Notes: generated by a model from the sequence alone, not told the origin. A stretch of 20,000 nucleotides of DNA from an uncultured virus (IMG/VR IMGVR_UViG_3300027804_000060) (IMGVR_UViG_3300027804_000060), one strand, 5' to 3'; shown: positions 1 to 10,273, numbered from the stretch's first letter. A program made the numbers and translations.

Positions 1-3000
1 CTGATTGAATGAGTTATATGTTTGGCCATTTGTTGATGTATAAGAAACATAACCTTGTTCTGTACCTAAACTTCCTGGTGCAAAAGTATATTCATGCAAA
101 TCACCTCTGAATTTAGAATACAATGTGTTAGAATTCTTTGTTTTGGTCATTAGGATCCAAGAACCATCAGCAAACGATTGTGTATCATTTCTATTCAAAA
201 TCTTGTAGTACACTTGTATATCTGTTTTTGCGGGACGATATGCAGACAAATAGACATTCAAATCTCCAGAATCAAAACCTGCTTCTAACACAACCTTCTT
301 GGTTATATATCTTGTTGCTGCAGGACCACCATTCTTGGAAGTTTCACCTGTAATGATTGCAGATGCACCTGCCGCAGAACCACCAGAAACATCAATTGAA
401 ACAGTTGGTGTTTCTATGTATCCTGAACCTGGTGTTGTTAGATAGATTGAAGTAATTTTACCAGCTTCAATCACAGGTGATGCATAAGCTTGTACTGCAT
501 TTGCACCTGTTGGTGCAGAAATAGAAACTGTTGTATTGCCTGTTGCATAACTGCTTCCTTGAGAAACAATAGATATCAAACTATTTGACAATTCACAATT
601 GTTTATGTTGTATTGAACTGTAAATACAGTAGTACCAGCATCAGAAATGACTGGAGAAACTGCATTATCTTGTGATGATAACTGGCCGTACAATGAGAAA
701 GATGTTTCCGAATTGGCAACCAAAACTCTTTGTCGTTGATTATCATCCAAATAAATGTGTTCATACATTGTTGTACCAAATTTACCTGGATTTATTGCAA
801 CTTGGCCAGCAGATGTACCACCTTGCAGTGTTGCATCATAGGTATAGTTGATTGAGGTTGATGATGGAACAAAATCGGTTGTTGATATATTAAAAGCATC
901 CACTAATATATTAGAATTTGATGTTGTTGATATCAAATCTGTCATTGTGTTTGCATTTTTATAGAAATCAATTTCAGAATCAACCAAAGTTCTTTGTGGT
1001 AACTTTTTAGGTATAACCATTCTAATTGATGGTGTAACAGCAGTGTTAAACACACAACGATCAATTGTAAACATCACAGATTGATTTTGGTCAGCTTCCC
1101 ATGTCTGAGAATTTTGTGATATAAACATACCACCAACATAGTGTGCAGCTGATATTTTTGTAATTGAACTTGGATATGGATCAGTTGATAGATTTTTTAC
1201 TGTTGATGGTAATGCATCTTCATTGTTTGATGCTGTCCACAATGTGTACTCATTAGACAAAGATTTAACAATAAATGCATATAATACACCAGATTGAATA
1301 TACACTGGAGAAGTAAAGGTAAATTCAGTGTATGTAGTTGAATCTAAATGCTGCGGAGTTGAAGAAACTTTAACTTTAGTTGGATCCAAAGTAACCACTG
1401 AATGGTCCAATGTTACTCCATTCGGATAACCATTTAATGTACCAACAATTGAAAGTGTTATTGGTGAACCATCATTTGTTGATGTTGGTTTTGATGCAAA
1501 GAACACTCTGATTGATGACAAGAATGCACCGTTTGGAAAGTTTGTTGGATCAATCTGGAAAGTTTGAGCAACCGGATCTCCTGTTGCTGGTGGTGGAACA
1601 GGTAAATCTGTTACAATCCTTCTTGATTGAACTTCTGATGTGTTGGTTGTATAAGAAGAATCTTTATACAATGTTTGTTTGAAAGTATCTTTTGCCCCAG
1701 ATGGTGATGCACCAAAATCAATAGTTTGTCTATTGATTTGCAAACCTTCCGCATAGAAAGTACCTTCAGCATATGTTGTTACTGTGCCAACATTGTTATT
1801 GATACGATTGTCTAAACGGAAGACTTTTTGGCCGGTGTGGAAAGTATTTGCTGGTACAGTGAACACACCAAAGAAATCACCACGTTCATTGGATTCAATC
1901 GAACCTGTAGCTGAACCAATAGAATATGTTTCTTTATCTGGTAATCCAACAACTGAAGCTACTACTATAGGTGTTGCAAGTGTTGCAACTTTTGTTGATC
2001 CAACATAATCTGAAATCACAGCTGACTGGCCAGCACCTGTACCAGATGTTATATAAATCGTTAAACCATTGTAAAAATCATTTACACTTGATGCTAGTGG
2101 TGATAATTGTATTGATGTAGTAGATGTTGAATCTTTTAATGTACCACTGTAGTGTTCACTAGAGTTGCTAAATTGTGTTGCAACAACACTACCAGAAGCA
2201 GTAGAAGATTGATAAACACCTGATGCATTGAAGAATCCATTTTGTAAAGCTAAACCATTATTGTATGTGGTTGTCTTAAAGTCATTTGAAACATATAAAC
2301 GAATCTTGGTTGTATCTGTGTAGTTGTACACACCTTCAACTTTACCTGTAGGTGTGAATGTACCAGCTGAATAGTAACCAATAATGTCGCCAGCTTTAAA
2401 TGTGCCAGTCACGGATGCAACTTCAATTGTATTCAATCTACGAACATAAGAATCAACACTTACATTATCAAAGAAAGCATATAACTTGGTTTTAATTAAC
2501 AGGTTAGAAGCTTTAATCATAATCTGCTGTGGTTTGATCCACGGCAAAATACTAATATCATTTATGTAACCATTATTCAATGAATAGGTGTTATCTATTT
2601 TGTTGTATGGTCCAAGTAAATTAGTTTGTTGTTCTTTAAACTTTGTCAGGTAAGTTGAAGAAAGTGTGGAATTTTGTATTGATGTTTGTTGTAAACCGGT
2701 TGATCCACCTGTCCAACCAACACTATTAGATACTGTTGCCCAGGGGCTAGATGTTTGTGACTGTAAACTTGTTGCTGATGTTCCGGGAACTGTTTGCCAA
2801 TCACCAAAAGATAATGTGTTGTTTACATTACCTCTTTGATATATTTGCAAACTAGGATCAACAACCAACAAAGCGGGTGAATATGTTGTATCAACCCAAT
2901 TGTCCATGTTTGGAGACAACGACAAGCTACCTTTTGAAAAAGGTGTATTGAATGGGTTCACATTGGTTGTTCTGCTTGCCAATTTTTGTGATACTATAAT

Positions 3001-6000
3001 GCTTGTGGTATATGGCAATGTGAAATAATTCACTGAACCATCTCGACTAACATTAAAATTCAACGCAGAAATTGATGATGATGTTGGTGAATTCATGTTA
3101 TACACCATGGCCAAATTCTTCAATGGGAAATTTTTAACATCTTGGCCAGCCGTTAACTGTCTGGTTCTTCTATTAATGTTTGCATTGAAATCAGTAACAC
3201 CAGAGTCTGAAGCAGAAAAACTTGAGAAATCATCTACCATAATACCATTTTTGAATCTATTTAATCCGTATGCATCAGAGATTTGCAATGAGTTTGCATT
3301 TTGTTCCAATGAATTCAAAGAAGTATAGTATTCAACACGGTTAATTCTTGTGTCAAGGCCAGCAATGTCAGCCATTGTGTAACGGCGGTGTTGCACTTTT
3401 TCTATAGACAAATCTGGTAATTTACCAACAGGTGACTCGGTTGTTACATATCCGGTATATGGATTGTGTGTAATGTTGGCTATTGTTAATGAGGAATCTG
3501 GCTCATTAGGTAGAATAGGGTTGATTGAAGGAGAACCCTCAACTATTTGTAGACTTCTATCTTTGGTTAAAACTAATTTATCTTTACGACCAAGATAATG
3601 TTCATAGTCACAAATAAAACTTGTTGAATCTACAGGCAATAAAATTCCAACTCTTGTGTCTGATGGATTAGAGTAACGGAAAACAAAATCTGTTTGAGCA
3701 TTTTGACGGGATGGTCTAAAATCCAAACAATCTCTCAACGAATATGTTGTTCCATTTTTACTTGTGTAATCTGGAATTTCTCTATAATTTTCTGGTGAAT
3801 CTGAACTGGTGTAAGATGTTTGACTGAAATAACCATCACCACCAGAATGCTTGTAGTAATCAAGGTACACAAGTAAATTGCCTGCTGGTTTAGGTGCACC
3901 AGGTTTTAATGTAATTGATGCATGGTCATAATAACCATCTCTTTGGCCATTATCGAAAACATAATTATTTGTAACATCATATGTTGAATTATTATACATT
4001 GTTGTTAATGGCAATGTACCTGAAGCTTTTGTATCAATGATTTTCACAATTCGTTTCACATCAGATAGATACAATGATTGTTTTGTTCCAGGAGCAACAA
4101 CACCTGCGGCTTGTATGTAAACTTGGCCACTAGAACTTACACCATCGTCAACAAATGTGTAGGTGTTAACTTGTGTTCCATTGGTTACAACTGTTGCATT
4201 GGCCGCAGTAACTAAATTTTTAATTTTTAAGACAAAACCAGAATCGGTTGCAACAGGCACATCAACTTTAAATATGATTGTTGCTGTAAATGCGGTCAAA
4301 TCTGCTGTTGTGGTTGTCAATGTTGCAACAGATAAATCACCATTCATTGAAATGGCTCTAGGAGATACTGACCAATTAACAATATCACCAGCTGCAAACT
4401 TTGAATTTGATTGGGCATTCGTCACAATAATTGTGAAGTTTTCTCTGACCAAATCTGTGCTCAAAGCCTGGCCTGCTGTACCTATATGTGAAATTTTATC
4501 ATTGTAACTTGAAAGGTCCACAGTTGCAGACAGTGTACTACCAGCAACACCAAAAGGTACACCTCTAATTTCAATAAAAGATGTGTAGATTGCATCGGTA
4601 ATATCAGAGACAAATGGTAAACCTATTGGAAACAATAGTTCTGGTTTATTTGGATTTTCAAAAATTGCATCACCAGAAGCTATACCATTTTGTTTTCCAG
4701 TATCATCTATTTTTGCACTACCATATACAGTATAGTTACTGTTGTTAACTTGCAACATAGATTCCGCATCAGCGGTATTAAAATTCATCACAAAAGTGGA
4801 TGTATTGTCTGGTGTTACACTCCAAGACCTATTCACAGTTGCAGTTCTTGTTGAACCTACGTATGCAGTAATTGTTCTTGTTTCACCTGCATTTGTTCCT
4901 GATGTAATTGAAATGTCAACACCAACATAAGCATCATTAAATGAAGATGTTTGGCCATTTGTTCCTGGTAGAACTACTGTGGTTGAACTTGCTGAAACAA
5001 GTGTGCCTGTTAAAGCCTGGTTCTGCAAGTCATATACCATTGCCTTGAAAATATGTGTATTTGCATTGGCTGTTGGCGCACTCTGATAATCTAAACCACG
5101 AATGTAACCTCTGGCCACCAATGTGGAATTGTAAGTTGTTGTATTGGCTGTATGTACATTATCAGTTGAAACACAATGAAAGTCTATTGTGTTTGCTGTT
5201 GTTACTTCAAATGTTTTTGAGTTGGCGCCATGCACATTTGATACAATAAAATAACTACCATAGTTAATAACTGTTGTGTCATTATTTTTTAAAGATGTTG
5301 CCCTTGCACGGTTGGAAGATATATTAACAGGTGAAGGATTCTCTACACGATAACCATGCACATATGCAAGGCCTTTACCCACACCCATTATGTACTTGTC
5401 CTCATCATCCGGATCAACTTTTGGTGTTATACTGAAATCGTTTACAATGTAATCACCATTGGTTTCGTAGTCACGCTTTGCAAAGTAATCATCAATGGCC
5501 GCATAAACTGATCCATCAACCATTTTGAAAACATTACCATCTTCAACACGAAGTAACTCAATGAAAAATTGGTCATCACCAAAGTACAATGGTTTTGTTG
5601 TTAGTTCAAGACTAATAACATATCTGTCTGCACCAGGTGCTTGGTAGTTTGATGCACCGACCGCAGGATCCAACAATGACGCATCGTTTGCATAGTCATA
5701 GATTGTTTCGGTAATTTCCAAACCAACCCGTCTGGATGGTGTGTTGTCATACTTACTTAAAATGATTGTTACTGGTTCAATTTGTACAAAGTTACCGAGA
5801 ACATAGAAAACACCTTTGGCAATCGAAACAACAGAAGACTCACCGGTTGAATTGTTTGTTACTGCTTGGCAAGCTTTATTTGAATTCACATCATAGATAA
5901 TATCGTTGTCAGTGAATCGTGTACCTGATTTGTATACGACAACCAATGTTGGTGGATCACCTTCACCTGCGGTACCTGTTGATTGTGCTACAGCAACAAC

Positions 6001-6318
6001 TTTAGCTCTAATTGTTCCTGTTGCATTAGTTAACAATAAACCACTGAAATCGGAAATATCAATTGTTGCACCATTATATGTGGTTTGTAATTTGATGTAG
6101 TAACAATTGAAATTCGTGGTAATTTGGCCACCAGTTACGGGAGAATTTTCTTTGAATATGTTATTGGCAAACTTAGTAATCTGATCCTGTAGGATTGTTT
6201 GTGCCTGTGTTAATTCTCTGGCCTGTACTGCCTTACCTGGTTTGAATAAGATTCGATGAAAGTTTTTTGTATCATCGAAATCATCATAGTAAGGATCAAC
6301 GTTAAAATTTAGAGCCAT
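1..6318 (-). CDS. vrlC: Giant VrlC/DUF4815-like virion structural protein, at least 2106 aa, 3' end outside the window
   Basis: ATG at 6318 is preceded by TAAGGGAAAAAA. Segments translated by hand in one frame give the N-terminus MALNFNVDPYYDDFDDTKNFHRILFKPGKAVQARELTQAQTILQDQI, the internal motifs HRRYTMADIAGLDTRINRVEYYTSLNSLEQ...GLNRFKNGI (~3241-3390) and DPVAQTF (~1560), and the near-C-terminal RYITKKVVLEAGFDSGDLNVYLSA (~241-312). All are typical of VrlC-like proteins of T4-like phages. The ORF track lists no minus ORF here, consistent with no internal stop. Confidence 0.9.
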   Translation of the reverse strand, partial: MALNFNVDPYYDDFDDTKNFHRILFKPGKAVQARELTQAQTILQDQITKFANNIFKENSPVTGGQITTNFNCYYIKLQTTYNGATIDISDFSGLLLTNATGTIRAKVVAVAQSTGTAGEGDPPTLVVVYKSGTRFTDNDIIYDVNSNKACQAVTNNSTGESSVVSIAKGVFYVLGNFVQIEPVTIILSKYDNTPSRRVGLEITETIYDYANDASLLDPAVGASNYQAPGADRYVISLELTTKPLYFGDDQFFIELLRVEDGNVFKMVDGSVYAAIDDYFAKRDYETNGDYIVNDFSITPKVDPDDEDKYIMGVGKGLAYVHGYRVENPSPVNISSNRARATSLKNNDTTVINYGSYFIVSNVHGANSKTFEVTTANTIDFHCVSTDNVHTANTTTYNSTLVARGYIRGLDYQSAPTANANTHIFKAMVYDLQNQALTGTLVSASSTTVVLPGTNGQTSSFNDAYVGVDISITSGTNAGETRTITAYVGSTRTATVNRSWSVTPDNTSTFVMNFNTADAESMLQVNNSNYTVYGSAKIDDTGKQNGIASGDAIFENPNKPELLFPIGLPFVSDITDAIYTSFIEIRGVPFGVAGSTLSATVDLSSYNDKISHIGTAGQALSTDLVRENFTIIVTNAQSNSKFAAGDIVNWSVSPRAISMNGDLSVATLTTTTADLTAFTATIIFKVDVPVATDSGFVLKIKNLVTAANATVVTNGTQVNTYTFVDDGVSSSGQVYIQAAGVVAPGTKQSLYLSDVKRIVKIIDTKASGTLPLTTMYNNSTYDVTNNYVFDNGQRDGYYDHASITLKPGAPKPAGNLLVYLDYYKHSGGDGYFSQTSYTSSDSPENYREIPDYTSKNGTTYSLRDCLDFRPSRQNAQTDFVFRYSNPSDTRVGILLPVDSTSFICDYEHYLGRKDKLVLTKDRSLQIVEGSPSINPILPNEPDSSLTIANITHNPYTGYVTTESPVGKLPDLSIEKVQHRRYTMADIAGLDTRINRVEYYTSLNSLEQNANSLQISDAYGLNRFKNGIMVDDFSSFSASDSGVTDFNANINRRTRQLTAGQDVKNFPLKNLAMVYNMNSPTSSSISALNFNVSRDGSVNYFTLPYTTSIIVSQKLASRTTNVNPFNTPFSKGSLSLSPNMDNWVDTTYSPALLVVDPSLQIYQRGNVNNTLSFGDWQTVPGTSATSLQSQTSSPWATVSNSVGWTGGSTGLQQTSIQNSTLSSTYLTKFKEQQTNLLGPYNKIDNTYSLNNGYINDISILPWIKPQQIMIKASNLLIKTKLYAFFDNVSVDSYVRRLNTIEVASVTGTFKAGDIIGYYSAGTFTPTGKVEGVYNYTDTTKIRLYVSNDFKTTTYNNGLALQNGFFNASGVYQSSTASGSVVATQFSNSSEHYSGTLKDSTSTTSIQLSPLASSVNDFYNGLTIYITSGTGAGQSAVISDYVGSTKVATLATPIVVASVVGLPDKETYSIGSATGSIESNERGDFFGVFTVPANTFHTGQKVFRLDNRINNNVGTVTTYAEGTFYAEGLQINRQTIDFGASPSGAKDTFKQTLYKDSSYTTNTSEVQSRRIVTDLPVPPPATGDPVAQTFQIDPTNFPNGAFLSSIRVFFASKPTSTNDGSPITLSIVGTLNGYPNGVTLDHSVVTLDPTKVKVSSTPQHLDSTTYTEFTFTSPVYIQSGVLYAFIVKSLSNEYTLWTASNNEDALPSTVKNLSTDPYPSSITKISAAHYVGGMFISQNSQTWEADQNQSVMFTIDRCVFNTAVTPSIRMVIPKKLPQRTLVDSEIDFYKNANTMTDLISTTSNSNILVDAFNISTTDFVPSSTSINYTYDATLQGGTSAGQVAINPGKFGTTMYEHIYLDDNQRQRVLVANSETSFSLYGQLSSQDNAVSPVISDAGTTVFTVQYNINNCELSNSLISIVSQGSSYATGNTTVSISAPTGANAVQAYASPVIEAGKITSIYLTTPGSGYIETPTVSIDVSGGSAAGASAIITGETSKNGGPAATRYITKKVVLEAGFDSGDLNVYLSAYRPAKTDIQVYYKILNRNDTQSFADGSWILMTKTKNSNTLYSKFRGDLHEYTFAPGSLGTEQGYVSYTSTNGQTYNSFNQ

Positions 6319-6327
6319 TTTTTTCCC

Positions 6328-7695
6328 TTAGAAACCTAATACAAATTTGAGTTGTTCTATTCCGTCATCACTTCTTTGAACACTTGATCTATTTTCAATA
6401 TATGCCAAATATCCAGAATGTATTGCAAAATTTGGAAGACTATACGACAATACAGTTCTTGTTGATGTGGTTGTTTGACCAAAAATAGGACTATTAATTA
6501 CTGGAACACCTTTTGTATTTATTAGCTTTATTAGATTGGTAGAAAGATTGAAGTATAAAACTGTTGCAGTAAATGTTGGATTGTTAATTGGACCCTGATA
6601 AACAATCTCATCCATTTGGAATCCAATGTCTGAACCTGCCGCCACAACGATATCTGTTGTTGTACTATATGCAACACCATTTGCATATACAGGGTTATAC
6701 TGTTTGGTTGTTGGATTAATTATGATGCCTAGTTGGTGGAAATCAATATCTGTTGGTAATAGTCCATTTTCTGTACCTTCAAACTCACAAGTTAACATCA
6801 CATGGTCACAACCTAACTCAGAAACCGGATCAAATCCATGGCCACCAACAGGTGAAGTTGATGCAGCCAGTGTACAACCATTACCAAAACCAGATTCAAC
6901 TGCAACACTTACATAAGAATAATTACTACCTGGATTGGTAACAATAACATCGTGAATGACACCGTTCTGTACATTTGCCGTAGCTGCCGCACCAGTTCCA
7001 TCACCAGTGATTACTATATTCACTACAGAATTGCCTGGATCATATCCTGAACCACCTTCACTCACATTAATAACATCTATACTACCAACACCGGCAGATG
7101 TAATTAATGGGTTTGGTGTGTTTGTACCGATAGCCACTGGCATCCATTCTTTGTCCATGAATTTAAGTTTTAGACCAGTATCAATTGTGTACATGAATTT
7201 CCATTTGTAACCATCTTCACCTTGGAACATTTTGTTTGCAGTATATGTACCTGGTTCAAAGTATGGTTCTACTGTTGATGGTTCATCATTATTGTTCCAT
7301 AAACATTTAAAAACTTGGTCATATTTGTTTTTCACATAGAAATTATAAATTACATAACCATTGGCATCTTTTGCAAACATATCTCCATCATCTAGAAAAC
7401 AATTATATAAAACACCTGAAGTCCAATCTATTCTTTGTATGACTGGTGATATGTCATTGGTCTTTATCTGTTTCACAATAAACATATTCTTGTACACCTG
7501 CTTGATTGATTTCAAGTCGGTTGCAGGAACAGGTGGGTTTACATCATCATCCCAGGCCAAAGGTTTTGCCAGAAAACAATAGAACACATTGATTGGCTCT
7601 GTCAAATACGGTGGCACCACAGCCACCGGTGCATAATACATTAGCCCTATCTGGGAAACTTTTGAACCGTTTGTGAGAATATTTTTATTTGCCAT
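6328..7695 (-). CDS. gp8: Baseplate wedge subunit gp8-like (455 aa)
   Basis: Motifs RIDWTSG..Y, FYVKNKYDQVFKCLWNN, DGYKWKFMYTI, SPVGGHGFDPVSELG, DFHQLGII.NP and C-terminal SGYLAYIENRSSVQRSDDGIEQLKFVLGF match cyanophage-type gp8; position downstream of gp6/gp7. Confidence 0.9.
   Translation of the reverse strand: MANKNILTNGSKVSQIGLMYYAPVAVVPPYLTEPINVFYCFLAKPLAWDDDVNPPVPATDLKSIKQVYKNMFIVKQIKTNDISPVIQRIDWTSGVLYNCFLDDGDMFAKDANGYVIYNFYVKNKYDQVFKCLWNNNDEPSTVEPYFEPGTYTANKMFQGEDGYKWKFMYTIDTGLKLKFMDKEWMPVAIGTNTPNPLITSAGVGSIDVINVSEGGSGYDPGNSVVNIVITGDGTGAAATANVQNGVIHDVIVTNPGSNYSYVSVAVESGFGNGCTLAASTSPVGGHGFDPVSELGCDHVMLTCEFEGTENGLLPTDIDFHQLGIIINPTTKQYNPVYANGVAYSTTTDIVVAAGSDIGFQMDEIVYQGPINNPTFTATVLYFNLSTNLIKLINTKGVPVINSPIFGQTTTSTRTVLSYSLPNFAIHSGYLAYIENRSSVQRSDDGIEQLKFVLGF
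6516..6522 (-). promoter_or_regulatory. Possible internal late promoter ATAAATA within gp8, ~200 nt upstream of the VrlC-like gene
   Basis: Exact ATAAATA on the coding strand, but intragenic in AT-rich DNA, so it may be a chance match. Confidence 0.3.
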
Positions 7696-7699
7696 GATT

Positions 7700-7706
7700 T
7701 ATTTAT
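7700..7706 (-). promoter_or_regulatory. T4-type late promoter box ATAAATA upstream of gp8
   Basis: Minus strand reads TAATAAATA-AATC-ATG, overlapping the fibre stop codon. Confidence 0.6.
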
Positions 7707-10270
7707 TAAGCGTGTGAAACTTTAACGAAAGTATTTGCAAGATCACCGTTAGCAACAAAGTATCTTAAATGAGCACAACTCGACGCCGGCATGTTGAATG
7801 TTGTGTTATGTACTGTTGAATTTAATGCAGAAATACCGTGTGTAATTGTTTTTTGTGTTCCAGAAGAATTCACTAACCAAAGTTCAACAACTTTACCTGA
7901 TATAAAATTACTATGTGAAACTGTTAAGTCTGCAACTAGATTAGCCTTAATCATACTATCTGTTGCATAATCAATTGTGATTGTTGTTTGGTCTCCTACT
8001 GGCAGCCTTGGTTTAAATGTGTATCCGTTGTTTGCAGAAAATAATCCAGAAACAATTAAATTACCATCAAAAATTGCACCACTTGTATTTGCTAATGCGG
8101 CCGCAGCCAAAGTTTGTGCAGTGTTTGCTTTCGAGAATGCTCCGTTAGCATATAGACTGGCTGAATTGGCTGCATCAAATGCTCCGTTAGCATATAGACT
8201 GGCTGAATTGGCTGTGGTGTATGCGTTGTTGGAGTTTATAAATGCTCCGTTAGCATATAGACTGGCTGAATTGGCTGCATCAAATGCTCCAATAGCAAAT
8301 ATTCCACTAGAATTTGCTGTTGTGTATGCATTGTTGGAGTTTATGAATGCACCGTTCGCAAATACACCAGCAGAATTAGCTGCACCGAATGCTCCGTTAG
8401 CATATAGACTGGCTGAATTGGCTGTGGTGTATGCATTGTTGGAGTTTATAAATGCACCATTTGCAAACAATCCACCAGAATTGGCTGTTGTGTATGCATT
8501 GTTGGAGTTTATAAATGCACCATTTGCAAATACACTGGCTGAGTTAGCTGCATCAAATGCACCATTTGCAAACAATCCACCAGAATTGGCTGTTGTGTAT
8601 GCGTTGTTGGAGTTTATAAATGCTCCGTTAGCATATAGACTGGCTGAATTGGCTGTTGTGTATGCATTGTTGGAGTTTATAAATGCTCCGTTAGCATATA
8701 GACTGGCTGAATTGGCTGCATCAAATGCTCCGTTAGCATATAGACTGGCTGAATTGGCTGTTGTGTATGCGTTATTTGAATTTATGAAAGCACCATTTGC
8801 AAATACACTGGCTGCATTGGCTTTTGATGGCAACCAAGCCCCTGAATTGGCGGTGGACAAATCCAAAGCAGCATATGCAATTGTAAAAGCTTCTTGTGCA
8901 ATCGGTTCAACAACATCTAGTCGACCTGCTTGTGTGGCAGCCAAAGTTTGTGCAGTGTTTGCTTTCGAGAATGCTGCGTTTGCATATTGACCAGCAGAAT
9001 TAGCTGCACCAAATGCTCCAATAGCAAATATTCCACTAGAATTTGCTGTTGTGTATGCATTGTTGGAGTTTATAAATGCACTGTTTGCATATTGACCAGC
9101 AGAATTAGCTGCACCAAACGCACCGTTGGCATATAATGCAGCTGAGGTTGCCACATTTGCAGATGTAAATGCACCATTAGCATACAATGATGCCGAATTC
9201 GCTACACCAAATGCTGCGTTGGCATAAACACCCACTGTATTGGATGAATTAAATGCGGCATTTGCTTGTGGCCATACTTGATTATTGGATTGGCTAAAGG
9301 CAGCATTAGCTTGTATGAACGCAGCATTAGCATACAATGAACCAGAATTTGCGGTACCAAACGCAGCATTTGCCTGTGGCCATACTTGGTTATTTGAACG
9401 ACTGAATACTGCATTTGCTTGTATGAATGCACCATTAGCATACAACGATGCAGAGTTGGCTACACCAAATCCACTGTTTGCATAAGAACTGGCTGAATTG
9501 GATGCTTCAAAAGCACCATTAGCATACAGACTTGCAGAATTAGATGCAGCAAAAGCAGCGTTAGCATACAGACTGGCTGAATTGGATGCAGCAAAAGCAC
9601 CATTAGCATATAGAGCAGATGAGTTTGCTACACCAAAACTAGAATTTGCTCTCACAAATGCACTGTTTGCAAATGGACCAGTTGATTCTGTGGAAGTATT
9701 CTGCGATGAACCATCTGCAAACTTCAATGGTTTTGCAACCAAGTTCACACCATCTGTTGAAATCTTTACTTGAAGACTGCTGGAACCTGGACCACCTGCA
9801 ATGATATTGACTGTTCTGCCTGTGGTTGTTGTACCTATGATTAGATTACCACCAGTGGATGTTGCGGTGTTACCTTGTACAAACAAGTAACCATCTAGTG
9901 GTAATATAGAAGTGAATATTGCATCAGAGCTGGTAGAACCATGTATACCCAAGTCAATATAATTTCTTTCATCTGTACCAACATCAGCGGTGATAACATG
10001 GTCCGCTGATCCATCAGATGTTTTGTTTTGTAAATTTGTTTGTAAATATGATGAACTGTTACCAACAAACTGTGCAATAACATTTGGAAGAATAATTGCA
10101 TTATTACCAACATTCAGTGCAGTATTAGAATATAAACTTTCAGCCAAAGTTTTAGCAGTGAATTTACTGGTGACACTGGTTGAATTATCAATACCAACCA
10201 AGATTGTATTGGATGTGTTACTATCTAATCGTGTTAGATTTGGTAATTGCGAAATTTTTACTGTTGACAT
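7706..10270 (-). CDS. Putative tail fibre/spike with long Ala/Asn heptad coiled-coil stalk (854 aa)
   Basis: N-terminal MSTVKISQLP motif common in phage fibre proteins, about 530 aa of [AS]N-x-A heptads, and a ~120-aa beta-rich C-terminal domain; located in the baseplate operon. The fibre function is inferred. Confidence 0.72.
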   Translation of the reverse strand: MSTVKISQLPNLTRLDSNTSNTILVGIDNSTSVTSKFTAKTLAESLYSNTALNVGNNAIILPNVIAQFVGNSSSYLQTNLQNKTSDGSADHVITADVGTDERNYIDLGIHGSTSSDAIFTSILPLDGYLFVQGNTATSTGGNLIIGTTTTGRTVNIIAGGPGSSSLQVKISTDGVNLVAKPLKFADGSSQNTSTESTGPFANSAFVRANSSFGVANSSALYANGAFAASNSASLYANAAFAASNSASLYANGAFEASNSASSYANSGFGVANSASLYANGAFIQANAVFSRSNNQVWPQANAAFGTANSGSLYANAAFIQANAAFSQSNNQVWPQANAAFNSSNTVGVYANAAFGVANSASLYANGAFTSANVATSAALYANGAFGAANSAGQYANSAFINSNNAYTTANSSGIFAIGAFGAANSAGQYANAAFSKANTAQTLAATQAGRLDVVEPIAQEAFTIAYAALDLSTANSGAWLPSKANAASVFANGAFINSNNAYTTANSASLYANGAFDAANSASLYANGAFINSNNAYTTANSASLYANGAFINSNNAYTTANSGGLFANGAFDAANSASVFANGAFINSNNAYTTANSGGLFANGAFINSNNAYTTANSASLYANGAFGAANSAGVFANGAFINSNNAYTTANSSGIFAIGAFDAANSASLYANGAFINSNNAYTTANSASLYANGAFDAANSASLYANGAFSKANTAQTLAAAALANTSGAIFDGNLIVSGLFSANNGYTFKPRLPVGDQTTITIDYATDSMIKANLVADLTVSHSNFISGKVVELWLVNSSGTQKTITHGISALNSTVHNTTFNMPASSCAHLRYFVANGDLANTFVKVSHA
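8087..9670 (-). repeat. Coding tandem repeat array built from 21-bp modules (42- and 63-bp units)
   Basis: The 37-mer AATGCTCCGTTAGCATATAGACTGGCTGAATTGGCTG occurs exactly at 8136, 8178, 8241, 8388, 8619, 8682 and 8724, and every spacing is a multiple of 21. Exact 39-bp repeat at 8103-8141/8937-8975 and exact 64-bp repeat at 8281-8344/9010-9073. Confidence 0.97.
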
Positions 10271-10273
10271 TGT

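Noticed and set aside
138..6100. Short plus-strand ORFs in the apparently empty left 6 kb, and similar ones elsewhere
   Set aside because: All are antisense shadows of the long minus-strand genes. The region is not empty: it is the VrlC-like ORF, which lacks a stop within the window.
8136..8760. Seven exact 37-bp repeats resembling a CRISPR array
   Set aside because: The intervening sequences are themselves repetitive (5 or 26 nt, or further variant units), all spacings are multiples of 21, the array lies within a continuous ORF, and there are no cas genes in the window.
7977..8990. 337-aa plus-strand ORF antisense to the fibre repeats
   Set aside because: It is a shadow frame: the antisense of a repeated stop-free unit stays open, and the product has no recognisable features.
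7706..9700. Diversity-generating retroelement or invertase shufflon acting on the fibre
   Set aside because: No reverse transcriptase or recombinase in the window, no template/variable repeat pair with adenine-specific differences seen, and the repeats are direct rather than inverted.
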